DNA of 56,403 nt from assembly GCA_002269645.1 (NCBI GenBank), contig NIVC01004180.1:1-56403 (forward strand), given 5' to 3'. The notes beneath the pieces are model-generated. The model had not been told where the DNA came from, searched no databases, and saw only the letters and a list, made by a program, of their open reading frames with translations. Both the position numbers and the translations under genes were made by a program. The stretch comes from Macrostomum lignano. Lineage: Eukaryota. Of the stretch, positions 11,387 through 24,585 are shown one piece after another; within the stretch, counting starts at the first letter, position 1, and the number at the start of each line of letters is the position of its first letter.

Positions 11387-12974
11387 CAAGCTGCGCTGAT
11401 TTATGAAACGATGAGTACCAAAATGAGTTGTTCTGAACCATTTTTTAAACCTTCTTATTTCAACTTGAATATTTACTCCGCTGATAATATTTTTCTACAT
11501 TTCTTTGTATTGTACAAGCTGCCAGCAAGCAAAAGTTTAAAATTTTTATGGGTCTCTGCACCACAACTCTGACTGACACTTTTCTCTCTGATTTGCAGGC
11601 TCTGGGCCTTACCCCTCAGTCTGCTAGGCTGGACTCAACTTTTGTCCACCGTTTTCTTCGTGACTCATTGTGCCAGCGTCTGTTTAATAATAATAATAAC
11701 AATACTATTAATAAATAAAACGATACTTGCCTGATCTAAAATACAATTTGGATAAAAATCTTAACTTTTCAAGTTTTAACACTAAGCAATACTTATAACC
11801 ACGATAAAATTATGCTTTTCACCTAAAGGACTGTCACTAAAGGGTCCCATGGTCTTGTCCCCGAAACGACTGTAATCTATATAACCTAGATGCTGGAGGA
11901 GATTCGTGATTCTCAGTAGCTATACAGCGTAAATAAAAGCAACGGTAACTTCTAGTGGTCCTTGTCCGAACCATGCACAGAATTCCCCTGATCATCAGAG
12001 TTGAGTTGTCAGCAAGAATTTCTTGCTCAGCAAGAGCACCTTCTCGCGTGTGATTCGTGTTGTAACGGCAACCCTCACGAGTTGTTTAGGCTAATGTTAT
12101 TTATTCCTGCCGTCTTGAACACACTCTGAGTACTTTAGAGGCCATGTGCGAGCTACATTAAAGCTCAGACGCATAATTTGAACTGTCTGTTTGCTATATA
12201 AGGGGGTGACAGCCGACAACTCAACGTATTCTAGGATGGGGTGTACACTTCTGACTACTGCACCCTACTCTCTTTATCTCTCTGCCCCTCTATGCCCCCT
12301 CTATCATAGCCGGACTTTTTGCTGCAGAAATATTACTGCGCATTGTGCTGTCTTCAAATACATCTGTATAAGCTGCGATGAAAATGACCGAAATTGAGAA
12401 AATGCATTGGCATGTAGATTCTTTGATTAAATATTCAATGCTTGTTTTTTAATTCATTCTTCTAGCTACTGTTTAATAAGCCAGTTGGAACGAAAAAAAA
12501 TTAATAGGAATTCTTTGAATCGGCTGTCGTTTTTAAATCCGCTTCTTAGCCTACCGGTACATGTTGCTCATTATTTGCTAGCCAAGCAATCTGGTATTAC
12601 ATGTTTTATTAAAGTTTTGCTATGATCTCAAACTTAGTCTTGATTAGCGGTACACAATTTAAGCCCCGTTCCTTCACGTGCAAAAAATTGTATGACCGCT
12701 TTAGACGCAAAATTTCTTAGAAATTGTTTTTGTTGAAAAATAGTTCGAAATCTGCTAAAAATAGCCCTATATTACGCTCTTTTAAAGGCTATAGAATGTG
12801 TACATTAAATATTGCGAGGCGGGTTTCATAAAACAGCGTACACTTCAGTTCGGATGCTGACCAACCAAGGCCAAATCCTAAAGACGAAAAATAAACAGAA
12901 TAAAAAGGTAAAAGCGAAGAACTGAAAGCATGAAACCAGAACTTAAGGTGAGAAGGCAATGGTAGAAGTTTACT

Positions 12975-14060
12975 ATGGCTGATGAAGAACAAAACCTTCA
13001 CCTCAAACTGCTGCTCGAGTATTCCCAGTTTAGGGAAATAGACCGACTCGCGAGTTGGCTCGAGAAACGCACTCAACGGTTTCAGCCAGCTTTGCATAGA
13101 TATCAGCAGAAAAGGACAGAAAATCAGTTCGGTCGTTGGCTCATCACCATGCAGACCACCGATGGTCAGCAAATGTCCGAGACATTCCCTCTGCTGCCAC
13201 AGAAGTTGAACGACAACGGAAGCAAAGATGAGTTCGTGAAATCGCTCTGCTTGAGCTTCAGCGACATGTCAAGCGACGAAGCGACGCATCTGGTAGAGTC
13301 GCTGCTGTCCATGATCGATCAGTTTCTACAAGGAGAGAGTGACATCGCAAAGGAGGACAAAACCCCGAAGCTGCGATACGAGGAGGCCGGCAGCCGAGGC
13401 CGCATCACATTTGGGAAATTCCGGACGCCTAGGAGCAAGCGAGTCAAGCAGCTGGTCGAGCTGTGCGGTGAGCAGCGGGCCGCGCTGGTGTGCCTTCGCT
13501 ACCACAGCCTGAGTATGTTCAGAGGCGGCGAGTCCAGCCTCTGCCCCAAAGCTTTCGATGCCCTGTTCGAGCTGGGCAAAGCCGCTCACGAGGGCTTCGC
13601 TTCGCCCCTCAATTGTCAGCTGCTGGGTCGGCAGGGAGCAAAGTTCTGCAGCCTGTTCCCTGACACTGACAGCCCATTCGGCAGTCTGGGCGACTTTTTT
13701 CGCATAGACCTGATGCAGCATCCAGGCGGCTGGGTGCTCAATCCCCCATTTGAAGAGATCCTGCTCAGAGCCACAGCGAGGCGAGTTGTGGACATCCTTG
13801 ACGAGTCGGAGCGGGGAGCTTTCTGGTTCTTCCTCACCGTTCCTGACTGGACAGACTGCGACGGCTGGCAGATCCTGGACGAGTCCGAGTGGAAAGTTGA
13901 CAGAATTGATGTGGAGCCAAATCAGCTGGGGTTTCAGGACTGCTACGGCTCCCCGTTTACTACGCAGGTCAAGGTGAGCCTGTTCGCCATGGGGGAGCCG
14001 CCAGCCCCCGTCAACTTCGCCAAGCTTTGGGACGCGATGAGGATGGACGCTGGCGAGTGA
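12975..14060 (+). CDS. PCIF1: PCIF1/CAPAM-like adenine-N6 methyltransferase domain protein without a WW domain, single exon, 361 aa
   Basis: LRY, FASPLN, FCSLFPDTDSPFGSLGDFF, catalytic NPPF and FFLTVPDW match the PCIF1 MTase core. AATAAA at 14080. Confidence 0.85.
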   Translation: MADEEQNLHLKLLLEYSQFREIDRLASWLEKRTQRFQPALHRYQQKRTENQFGRWLITMQTTDGQQMSETFPLLPQKLNDNGSKDEFVKSLCLSFSDMSSDEATHLVESLLSMIDQFLQGESDIAKEDKTPKLRYEEAGSRGRITFGKFRTPRSKRVKQLVELCGEQRAALVCLRYHSLSMFRGGESSLCPKAFDALFELGKAAHEGFASPLNCQLLGRQGAKFCSLFPDTDSPFGSLGDFFRIDLMQHPGGWVLNPPFEEILLRATARRVVDILDESERGAFWFFLTVPDWTDCDGWQILDESEWKVDRIDVEPNQLGFQDCYGSPFTTQVKVSLFAMGEPPAPVNFAKLWDAMRMDAGE

Positions 14061-14849
14061 CAGAAATGAGATCCTATTCAATAAAGAAAAAAGTTTACAG
14101 AGTGACATTGTTTTTAAAATTTCTCCAATGTTTCTAAAATACATCTCTTCAGGTGATCTGCACTCGCCTGTGCTTACTCTGTTTTCTCTCCCTCTGTCCA
14201 GTAAGTAGTTCAGTTGTAAAATTCTCTCCCTCGCTGCCTTCTGATTGGCTCTTCAATTTCGCCTCTTTCCTCAGCCGCGCACTCCTACCTTTTTTTCATC
14301 TGGACTCAACCCCATCTATTAAGTTAGTTTTGGTTTTATTTAGCTTTGGTTCCTGTGTCGAACTTACTGTTTTTCGACTCTTATTAATCCATTAATTTGA
14401 AATATACGATATGATTCAATCGTCTGTCTTATTTTACTCTACATCGTCACTACCGCAATTTACCTAAGCATCGTTAGTTCAATTTTTGCTGTAGAAAAAC
14501 ATTACGAGCTCGAACCAGGCGCGTAGCCAGGATTCACGTCACGACAACAATATTCCCTTCCAATTTTGAAACTTAACGAAACGCTTTGTCGTGACTAGTT
14601 ACATGTAAACAACAAATGCGGGCCAATAGCACTACAACTATATCCAGTCATCATGAATAAAAAAGCTTCTATAGCCCCCTAGCGCCTTGTACATGTATGT
14701 CGGCAAGGGCAGTTGGGCCGATCCGTCACCTTCGAAACGAATATACTCTTCTCGTATGCGGAGAGTGTATGGGGATGATCTTTGATTATTTATAACTGCT
14801 TTTTACAAATTCAATGTACTTCATTTCTTAATCCGCTTATTTTAAGTAA

Positions 14850-15140
14850 ATGTGCAATGCGCTAGTCGCATATACAAAAGTTAACTCGTCTAAAACTTTG
14901 CCTGAGGCTGACGTCGAGGATCCAGAGCCAGTGCAACAGCAGCAAACGAAGCTGTTTAACCAGTCTATTCCAGAAGAGTTGGAAGCTCGCATTCTCAATC
15001 TGCTGGAGCTAAAAAGTCTCATTCGATGTCGCCTATTGAGCCAGAAATGGAAGAGCTCTGTCGACAGGCTCTACGGTGGTTGGGGCGCCGTGGCGAGAGT
15101 TATGGGCTTTGCGAATCCGGAAAGCGACAGTGAGACCGGA
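14850..15140 (+). pseudogene. F-box protein 5' part, truncated by or fused to a LINE fragment
   Basis: IPEELEARILNLLELKSLIRCRLLSQKWKSSV F-box motif. The frame runs into antisense LINE sequence near 15140. Confidence 0.7.
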
Positions 15141-15575
15141 GAGAGACTCAGACTGCTTGGGCGGACCAGGCCGGCGCGGTGATACAAAGGCGCGTTGGTC
15201 ACTTGCTCGTAGCCGATCTTAAAGACGGCGCGCATTAGGCCAGTGGGCGCCGCGTCAACTTGTTGCTCGAGTGAATCCGTCAGCGTCCAGGTCTCAGCTT
15301 TCTACAACAGGACGGTTTCGACCACCGCCTGGAAGAATGCCATCCTCTGGCGGTCAGGTAGGTCCTCGGACTGCAGGACTGCCCTCACAGAATGGAAGGC
15401 AGCCCAGGCAAGCCCGCGGCGACGCCGCAAGCCTTCGCGGACGCCGAAAATCAGACCACGGAGGTAGACGAACTGTTGACAACGCGGAAGCTCTGTCGCC
15501 TGTCCATCAGCGCCTCGGCACAAATTTGCAGCCTCGATGTCGTCCGGCAGGAAGAGCACGACGGTTTTCTGTGTT
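15140..15575 (-). mobile_element. Non-LTR retrotransposon (RTE/L2-like) fragment, C-terminal RT region
   Basis: QQFVYL..RRRRGLAWAAF..QAVVETVLL-YNAETWTLT..VTNAPLY, with frameshifts. Confidence 0.8.
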
Positions 15576-15781
15576 GACCACCAGAGTATATGCCAATGCA
15601 TTTCGACCATTTCGATTATCTTTAGGGCAGCTTTTGGAGATGTTTAGATAAGACAGTTGTTAAAAAGAGCAAGTCAAGAGCTGAGAGTATGCGAGGCGAG
15701 ACGACAGTGCTAAGTTCACTGACAAACAACGATCCGATTTATTATAAGTGAGGTTTAACAACAGCCACCCCAATCTATCTA

Positions 15782-16171
15782 TCTAAATATACTAAATCTC
15801 TAAGGTTTGTATGCTTGTCCATCTAATCTAAATATACTAAATCTCTAAGGTTTGTTTGTATGTTTGTCCATAACGCTCTAGAGACTGCAATTCTTCACCG
15901 ATTTTGATCGCGTTTTCGCCAAAAGATTTGTGAACAGCCTGGGATTGTATGGTTAAAATTTCTTGTATCTGCTTCAATGCCAAAGGGATTAAATACTCGA
16001 AAAACTGTTTTAAATGGCCTTTTTCAATGCAAATTTTATCAGCCAGAAACTTCACTGCCAATTTTAATTGATTGCGCCAGAGCCAACTGATAAGAAAACT
16101 CACTCCGCTCCACTTAAAGGGGGGCAATAAAAAATTATTCTGGCTGCTGGCAGCCAGCTCTAATTAGCTAG
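15782..16171 (+). mobile_element. Non-autonomous Helitron, family A (~0.39 kb)
   Basis: 5' TCTAAATATACTAAA; 3' hairpin CTGGCTGCTGGCAGCCAG then CTAG|T. Near-identical copies at 21987-22368 (+) and ~33627-33975 (-); a divergent copy at 16172-~16575. Confidence 0.88.
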
Positions 16172-17067
16172 TCTAATATACTAAATCTCTAAGGTTTTCT
16201 AAATATACTTCTCTAAGGTTTGTATGTTTGAATGCTTGCTTGTCCATAACGCTCTAGAGATTGCAATTCTTCACCGATTTTCATCGCGTTTTCGCCAAAA
16301 GATTTGTAATCAGCCTGGGATTGTATGGTTAAAATTTATTGTATCTGCTTCAATGCTAAAGGGATTAAATATTCGAAAAACTGTTTCAAATGGGCTTTTT
16401 CAATGCAAATTTTATCAGCGAAAAACTTCACTGCCAATTTTAATTGATTGCGCCAGAGCGAACTGATAAGAAAACTCATGGGCCCCACTGCCCAGATAAT
16501 TACTCTATTTAAATTGCGCAACCATACCAGAGGTCAAAAATAAAATTATTCTGGAGGCTAGCAGCGAGCTCTTTAAGCGTCTAAGATCAGTTTTTCGTAA
16601 CGCTCTACGGACTGAAATTCTTGACCAATTTTGATCGCGTTTTCGCCAAAAGATTTGTAATTATCTGGAAAAAAGACAGTTAAAATTTCTTGGATCTGCT
16701 TCAATGCTAAAGGTATTAAATATTCGAAAAACAAGTTTATCTAAATGCTTTTGATTTGAAATGAATTCTTGACTGGCTGAATTCCAATTCCAAATGATTG
16801 CGCCACAACTGCGAACTGCATAGTCTCGCTATAAACTGACTCTGAGCTTTTCAGCAGGAGGCAGTGTGCCAAGCATTGCGCAGGCACTCTGGAGGGAGAG
16901 AGAAATCAGCCAGTGCATTTTAAAAGTATTGAAATTGAGAGATTTACTTAACTGTGCAATGGCTCTGCCAGCACCAAAACTGTGCACACTGAGCAGGCTA
17001 TCACTGCTATGTATTTGACTGCAGTGCCGAAGCATATATGTCTGATTTTTGCGCCCTTCCATCAGTA

Positions 17068-17143
17068 GGCGGAATAGCCGCAGTGTAGGCACTAGGACTA
17101 GGTTTAGGCTAGGCGTAAGGTCCAAGGTTCGAGTCCGCCTCCC
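17068..17143 (+). ncRNA. tRNA-derived Pol III cassette (SINE-like), not a functional tRNA
   Basis: A-box TAGCCGCAGTG, B-box GGTTCGAGTCC; paralog at 32345-32413. Confidence 0.65.
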
Positions 17144-18289
17144 TGGTGGATAATCAAAATAAGTAAATTCATTCTTTTGTAGCTTGTGACTCGACTAAAT
17201 ATAACATATTTTTATTAATTATAATTGCAACATTTTTTATTAATTAGCAAATAATTTTTGCTACTTGGCACAAGCCACTTAAAAAAAATTTGATTTTAAA
17301 AAACTGCTTCGTGCATTACTGATCCCATCAACGAGTACTGCCTCGCACCATGAAAGTATGAAATTGCTATTAAACTGCAGACCATGCTGTTAAAATTGCT
17401 TAAAGGTATTGCTAAATTTTGAGCTTTTTAAGAATGCCGATATGTACTGAAAATTGTTTAGTGAGCCGTAAAATGCTGAGCACATTTTTAGATTATTTGA
17501 AGATTGGAAGATTATTGGAAAGGAGAAGAGAAGATGCTGAGGGGAACTGCAGATTGTCAAAGGGATCATTCATGCAGACTGCTAAGGGAAAAATGGAACA
17601 AACTGCTGAGGTAGTTCCTCCACACTTATGAGTGCATAGCAGCAAACTGTTGAGGGGATAACTATCTACAGAGTTTAAAGTGGATAATAGCTGTGAAGAA
17701 TTAAGTGCAAGTTGTTGAGTGGATAACTGCGGACTGCTGAGTGAATTATTGTAGTTTGCTGATGTTAATGAAAGTTGTAGACGGCACAGTGGATATCTGC
17801 AGGCTGCTAAGTGTATGACTGCAGTCTGTTTGTGGGATTAGAAGTGATAGCTAATTTCAGGATGTTGTGGAGATAACTGCCGATTTCAGGGGGGGGGGTT
17901 AACTTCAAACTGCCGAAGTTACTAAACTTCTTGAATACTATAAGGCTTTTAGCAGAAGGTCGGCAGTTCGAGTCTGTATTGAAGCAGCGAATTTATCTTT
18001 GTGACAATAATCATTGTTTCCTATGAGGATTCATGCAAATTTTTAGCATTTTTATTTTGTAGATACTTTTGCTGGGGCTACGCTAAGCTTTAAGAGCAGC
18101 GCTAATCGGGGTGAGCAGTGCTAATCTGATGTATAAAATAAAATAATAAATATGTAAGGGGATTACAAATCAATTTTAACCTGCAAGTTGACAAAGCATT
18201 TCATATGGTTTCGATTATCCAGAAACAATATGGCAATAAGCAAAGATTAGTGACCATCTGCTTACTGATTGTGCAAAACAGTGCTGGTG

Positions 18290-20098
18290 AATCATTGCTA
18301 AACTGCTGGTGAATCATTGTTAAACTGCTGGTGAAGCATTGTTAAACTGCTGGTGAAGCATTGCTAAACTGCTGGTGAAGCATTGTTAAATTACGGGGGA
18401 AGCATTGCTGATATGCTGGTGAACCATAGCTAATGCAAACTGCTGGTGAAGCATTGCTAAACTGCTGGCGAAGCATTGCTAAACTGCTGGTGAAGCATTG
18501 TTAAATTACTGGGGAAGCATTGCTGATATGCTGGTGAACCATAGCTAATGCAAACTGCTGGTGAAGCATTGCTAAACTGCTGGCGAAGCATTGCTAAACT
18601 GCTGGTGAACCATTGTTGAAATGCTGGTAAAGCATTGCTGAATGCTGGTAAACCATTGCTGAATGCTGGTGAAGCATTGCTAAACTGCTGGTAAACCATT
18701 GCTGAAATGCTGGTGAACCATTGCTGAATGCATGGTGAAGCATTGCTAAGCTGCTGGTGAAGCATTGCTAAACTGCTGGTGAAGCATTGCTAAACTGCTG
18801 GTGAAGCATTGCTAAACTGCTGGTAAACCATTGCTGAAATGCTGGTGAACCATTGCTGAATGCATGGTGAAGCATTGCTAAGCTGCTGGTGAAGCATTGC
18901 TAAACTGCTGGTGAAGCATTGCTAAACTGCTGGTGAAGCATTGCTAAACTGCTGGTGAAGCATTGCTAAACTGCTGGTGAAGCATTGCTAAACTGCTGGT
19001 GAAGCATTGCTAAACTGCTGGTGAAGCATTGCTAAACTGCTGGTGAAGCATTGCTAAACTGCTGGTGAAGCATTGCTAAACTGCTGGTGAAGCATTGCTA
19101 AACTGCTGGTGAAGCATTGCTAAACTGCTGGTGAAGCATTGCTAAACTGCTGGTGAAGCATTGCTAAACTGCTGGTGAAGCATTGCTAAACTGCTGGTGA
19201 AGCATTGCTAAACTGCTGGTGAAGCATTGCTAAACTGCTGGTAAACCATTGCTAAACTGCTGGTAAACCATTGCTGAAATGCTGGTGAACCATTGCTGAA
19301 TGCATGGTGAAGCATTGCTAAGCTGCTGGTGAAGCATTGCTAAACTGCTGGTGAAGCATTGCTAAGCTGCTGGTGAAGCATTGCTAAACTGCTGGTGAAG
19401 CATTGCTAAACTGCTGGTGAAGCATTGCTAAACTGCTGGTGAAGCATTGCTAAACTGCTGGTGAAGCATTGCTAAACTGCTGGTGAAGCATTGCTAAACT
19501 GCTGGTGAAGCATTGCTAAACTGCTGGTAAACCATTGCTAAACTGCTGGTAAACCATTGCTGAAATGCTGGTGAACCATTGCTGAATGCATGGTGAAGCA
19601 TTGCTAAGCTGCTGGTGAAGCATTGCTAAACTGCTGGTGAAGCATTGCTAAGCTGCTGGTGAAGCATTGCTAAACTGCTGGTGAAGCATTGCTAAACTGC
19701 TGGTGAAGCATTGCTAAACTGCTGGTGAAGCATTGCTAAACTGCTGGTGAAGCATTGCTAAACTGCTGGTGAAGCATTGCTAAACTGCTGGTGAAGCATT
19801 GCTAAACTGCTGGTGAAGCATTGCTAAACTGCTGGTGAAGCATTGCTAAACTGCTGGTGAAGCATTGCTAAACTGCTGGTGAAGCATTGCTGAACTGCTG
19901 GTAAAGTATTGCTAAACTGCTGGTGAAGCATTGCTAAACTGCTGGTGAAGCATTGCTAAACTGCTGGTGAAGCATTGCTAAACTGCTGGTGAAGCATTGC
20001 TAAACTGCTGGTGAAGCATTGCTAAACTGCTGGTAAACCATTGCTAAACTGCTGGTGAAGCATTGCTAAACTGCTGGTGAACCATTGCTAAACTGCAG
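18290..20098 (+). repeat. 22-bp satellite (AAACTGCTGGTGAAGCATTGCT)n, ~80 units
   Basis: Directly visible, with recurring variant blocks. Confidence 0.97.
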
Positions 20099-20929
20099 AA
20101 AGCTATGGTAAAATATTGTAATTTTTTTAATAAAAACTTTTAAAGAGAAGAAAACGCAACGCAAGAAAAAGCGAACAAGAATCATCATATCAATCATAAA
20201 TGAAGCGCCCTGTCGAACGTAAAAGTCTCATCGGGAATTGCTTAGACTGTTAAGACTGCTAAGACTATTGCTACGAGCATAATGCTGGTATGGGAAATTG
20301 CTGTGATATCAAGACTCACGGTAGAATTTATAAGATCTCAAGGCTCAGGGGGAATTGCTATAATTATGTCATTCTGGGAAGAATTGCTTTGATTTCAAGT
20401 TTAATTTGTGAAATTGCTGAAATTATTTGTTAAAATGCAAGTGCCAAGATATCGAAAGGTTAGTCACTCAATTTTCTTCTTTCCAGATAATTACAAATCT
20501 TTTCGTAAAAACGCGATTAAAATTGGTCAATTGGTTCTATCTCTAGAACGTTCGTGGTGAAATTGCTAACATTTCCAAAGCTCATTGGGGAATAGCTGAA
20601 ATTCGACTACAGGTTAAGGGTTATGGTTTTGGTTAAATTATAGAGCGATCGTCGTGACAACCATCAATGATCCATCGAGGAATTGCTAAGATTAAAGGCT
20701 CTTGGGGCGAATTACGAGTACTTAAATGCTTTGGCTCTACGGGAAATTGCTGACAGGTCAAGGCTTTCGGTGAAATTCTGATTACAAAGCTTATGAGGAA
20801 GTTACTTTAATGCTGAGGCTCAAGGCTCATAGTGGAAATTGCTAACATGCCAAGACTCACTTATGGGTAGGTTTGGGGGCTTAGGGTCAGTTTTGGTTCA
20901 ATCATAGACTAACCGCTGTCAACAATCAA

Positions 20930-21460
20930 TTAAAGACTTGCTAAGATATCTAAGCTCATGGGGGGAATAGCTGAGTTATCAAGGCTTATAAGGGGATTGC
21001 TGAATTCTTGGGAGAGGGGAGTTGGGTTGTTGGGATGTCAAGGCTAAATACTGCGCTGGGAGAATTGCTGCAATGTCGAGGCTTAATGGGGGAATTGCTG
21101 AGATGTCAAGTCCTACTAAGAATTGCTGAGATGTCAAGGCTTTCTGGGAATTGCTAAAATGTCAAGTCCTACTGGAAATTGCTAAAATTTCTATGCTTAC
21201 TGAGATGTCAAGGCTTACTGGGGGAATTGCTGAGATGTCAAGGCTTACTGAGGGAATTGCTGAGATCTCAAAACTTACTGGGATAATTTCTGAGATCTCA
21301 ATGCTTACTGGGGGAATGCTGAGATTTCAAGGCTTACTGGGGGAATTGCTGAGATGTCAAGGCTTACTGGGGGAATTGCTGAGATCTCAAGGCTTACTGG
21401 GATAATTTCTGAGATCTCAAGGCTTACTGTGGAAATCGCTGAGACGTCAAGGCTCATGGA
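20930..21460 (+). repeat. ~30-bp minisatellite (GGGGAATTGCTGAGATGTCAAGGCTTACT-like)
   Basis: Also present at ~36710-37190, 37885-38310, 44160-44720 and 45440-45665. Confidence 0.9.
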
Positions 21461-21986
21461 CGATGGCTAAATTTTTTTGGGGGGTGTTAGGTTGTTGGGC
21501 GATTGTCAGATAGTCAGGTAGTACGGCTCAAGTAGCTCATGTAATTCAGATAATGAAAAAGTACACACAAGTGATGCTGACTTCTGCTAATAGGAAATAC
21601 CAGCGCATTTAATCCTTTGCGCTGGTTTGATCCTTTGATTTAGGCTAATTTAGAGAGAGGGTCTAAGGCCGTCAGAGATTTGCATATTGAGCTCCTGCTG
21701 CGGATCAGAATATGCCCCGGCCAGTGACGATATGCATCAAGAGTTTGTGCTTGAAAGGATAAGCACTATTTGCTGATTTAGAAAGGGTTTTGAGCTGATG
21801 AACGAAACTTTTTTGGCTAATAAAATTCGGATTGACGACAATTTATTTCTGCCAAAATGAGAAAAGGTAATTTTTGATTATTGGAAATCAAAATTTTGGA
21901 TGATTATAGTAAGGTTACTCTTGTGCCAAAATAAAAACCAATTGGTGTCATTTTCAAGGCTCCCCAGCGGGGGGCTAAATGGCTAG

Positions 21987-22368
21987 TCTAAATATACTAA
22001 ATCTCTAAGGTTTGTATGTTTGCTTGTCTAAATATACTAAATCTCTAATATTTGTATGCTTGTCCATAACGCTCTAGAGATTGCAATTCTTCACCGATTT
22101 TGATCGCGTTTTCGCCAAAAGATTCAAAATTGTCTGGAAAGAAGACGGTTAAAATTTCTTGTATCTGCTTCAATGCTAAAGGGATTAAATATTCGAAAAA
22201 CAGTTTTAAATGGGCGAATTCAATGCAAATTTTATCAGCGAGAAACTTCACAGTCAATCTTAATTGATTGCGCCAGAGCCAACTGATAAGAAAACTCACT
22301 CCGCTCCACTTAAAGGGGGGCAATAAAAAAATTATTCTGGCTGCTGGCAGCCAGCTCTAATTAGCTAG
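21987..22368 (+). mobile_element. Non-autonomous Helitron, family A
   Basis: CTAG|TC at both boundaries; near-identical to 15782-16171. Confidence 0.9.
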
Positions 22369-24585
22369 TCTCTATCTATATATACTAAAGTTGACGCGTT
22401 GTTTGTCTGTCTGTATGTCAGTTCGATAACTCCTCCTAGAATACTTGCAACTCAGCGTTGAAACTTATATGGGAAAACTGCAAATTTTCCGAGGATGGCT
22501 TTAGGCTATTTTAATCTTTCATTTTCAATTTTTAAGATCCCTAAAAAAGCAGAAAACGGCGGTCTTGACCTTTGATAATCTTAATTGTCCCCTCTTTCTG
22601 CTCGGAGCTGAAAATTGGCATAAATTTTGAGTGATTACGCCACAACTTTTTCCTATGTCGCCAGTGCATTTTCTCTCCTGTGGGGGAATGGGCGCGTTCT
22701 CATTGGCGGCGTGTGTACAATTGGACCCTGGCTCACTGGCTGACTTTATAGATAATTGCGCAATGATATGGCTACTGATAAGTTTTCCTGCCTATCAATG
22801 GGCAGTCCTGTGTATTTGTTGGACATTGAAATTCAATGCATCAACTTGCAAGCAGGCAGTGAACGTACACTCGATACTTCAATGCTATAAATCAGACAGT
22901 TTCAAACGCTAACTGTTCCTCGAGTTTTAAACTTTGAGAGGAGAAACTTATATTGCTGGCAAGATCTTGCAACGCTGAGTTCGGGGATATAAGTTGTTTG
23001 CTTTAACTATGAAAAGAAAAAGCACAGCATTTGGAAAACTATTTCCATACTTTTAACTTTTTGCAAATATTGTACTCAGTTTTGCAAGACGTAATAGATA
23101 AAGTTGGGGGGAGGGTTCAACTTCTCACTACAGCTGTGGATTGGAGGGTTGATTTAGATTGCGCAATCTTTTGTTAACTTTACCTGAGGCTGATACTGAC
23201 TGACTGTGAAATCGGTTGCGCAATGAATTGATTCAATTAGTTCAATATTTTTATCTGTGCCTTTTAACACGAAGCTGTGCGTAGTTCTAACCCTAACCCT
23301 AACCCTAACCCTAATGAATCTGGCGAGTTGAGTTGTTTGACGGAAAAAATTCGATTAAGTCAAGTTTAGCGGAGACGATTTCAATGTTTAAATTCTGACG
23401 GAGAAGATTTCTGTTTCGTGGAGAGGATTTCGATGATGTTCAGTTTCACGAAAGGATTTCCATGGTGTTCAGTTTCACGGAGAGGATTTCGATCATGTTC
23501 AGCTTCACGGAGAGGCTTTCTGTTTCGCTGAGATAATTTATGATTGATTTCTGTTTTATGGAAACAATTTTGATGGATTCAGGTTTCAAGGAGAGGATTT
23601 CGAAGGAGTCCAGTTTCACTGAGAGGATTTCGATGGTTTTTAGTTGCACAGACAGGATTTTTGCTTCGCGGAGAGGATTTTGATGGATTTGGCATCTTCA
23701 ATCAGTCAGAGAAGAGAGTAAAGAGAAGACTGAAAAGAGAAGAGAGAAGAGATGATAGAAAACAGAGTAAAATTGAGTGGAGAGATTAGACATGACAGAT
23801 TGGAGATGATAGGAGAGAGAATAGATGAGGGATAAGAGCGTACAGAGGCAATAGAAGAGAGGGGAGAGTAGAGGAGAAAGAAAGAGTGAGATGAGGAGAT
23901 GAGGAGATGAGGGATGAGAGAGGAGGGGAGAGAGGAGACAGGAGAGAGTACAGACGAAAGACTAGGGAGAAGATATAAATAAGGTAGTAAAGATGAGAGG
24001 AGAGAGAGGAGAGAGAAGCGAAAGGAGAAGAGAGTGAGGAGAGAGGAGAGAGATGAAAGGAGCAAGGAAAGGAGAAAAGAGAGAATGGAGAGAATAGAAA
24101 AGAGAGAAGAGAAGAGACAGGGGATAGTGAAAAGGAGGAAGAAAGATGGGAGACAAGAAAGTAGTGTCAGAGCGTATATGAAATATGAGAAATGAGAGCA
24201 GAGAGAAGAGAAAAGAGAAGAGAGAGAGAGGGTTAAGAGAGACGATAGATAAGTGAGTAGAGATGACATATGAGAGAGGAGAGAAGAGGGAGAGATAAGA
24301 GTGAAGAGAGGAGACAGAAGACAGGAGAAGGTACAGACGAAAGACGAGGGAGAAGAGATAAATAAGGGAGCAGGGGTAGAGATGAGATGAGAGAGAGGAG
24401 AGAGGAGATATGAGAGACTTGAGAGTCTTTGAGCTATGGTCTTTGAAAGATTTTGTAAAGAATTTGGAGACGATTTGGAAGATAGGGTTAAAGACATGGA
24501 ATTTCAGTTGATGGATATTTCAGGGAATAGAATTCCGGTGATGGGAGTTCTTCCCCTTTCTCCTCCGAAGGAGGAGTTCCACTCG
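22369..24585 (+). mobile_element. Non-autonomous Helitron with telomeric repeats, a 30-mer, a GA-rich tract and a CTCG 3' end
   Basis: 5' TCTCTATCTATATATACTAAAG; 3' CTCCTCC-GAA-GGAGGAG hairpin then CTCG|TC. Confidence 0.8.

Larger units (their letters stand above)
16580..21986 (+). mobile_element. Composite non-autonomous Helitron unit carrying a tRNA-like cassette and satellites
   Basis: Shared box near 16710; homologous to 31830-32960; ends CCCC-AGC-GGGG..CTAG|T at 21986. The 5' boundary is unclear. Confidence 0.65.

Noticed and set aside
15837-16127. Recurrent MPPFKWSGV ORF (also at 22045 and 33667)
   Set aside because: Antisense reading of near-identical copies of a 0.39-kb non-autonomous Helitron; the frame is broken in the divergent copy.
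23706-24497. 263-aa Ser/Leu-rich ORF
   Set aside because: Antisense of a GA-rich low-complexity tract.
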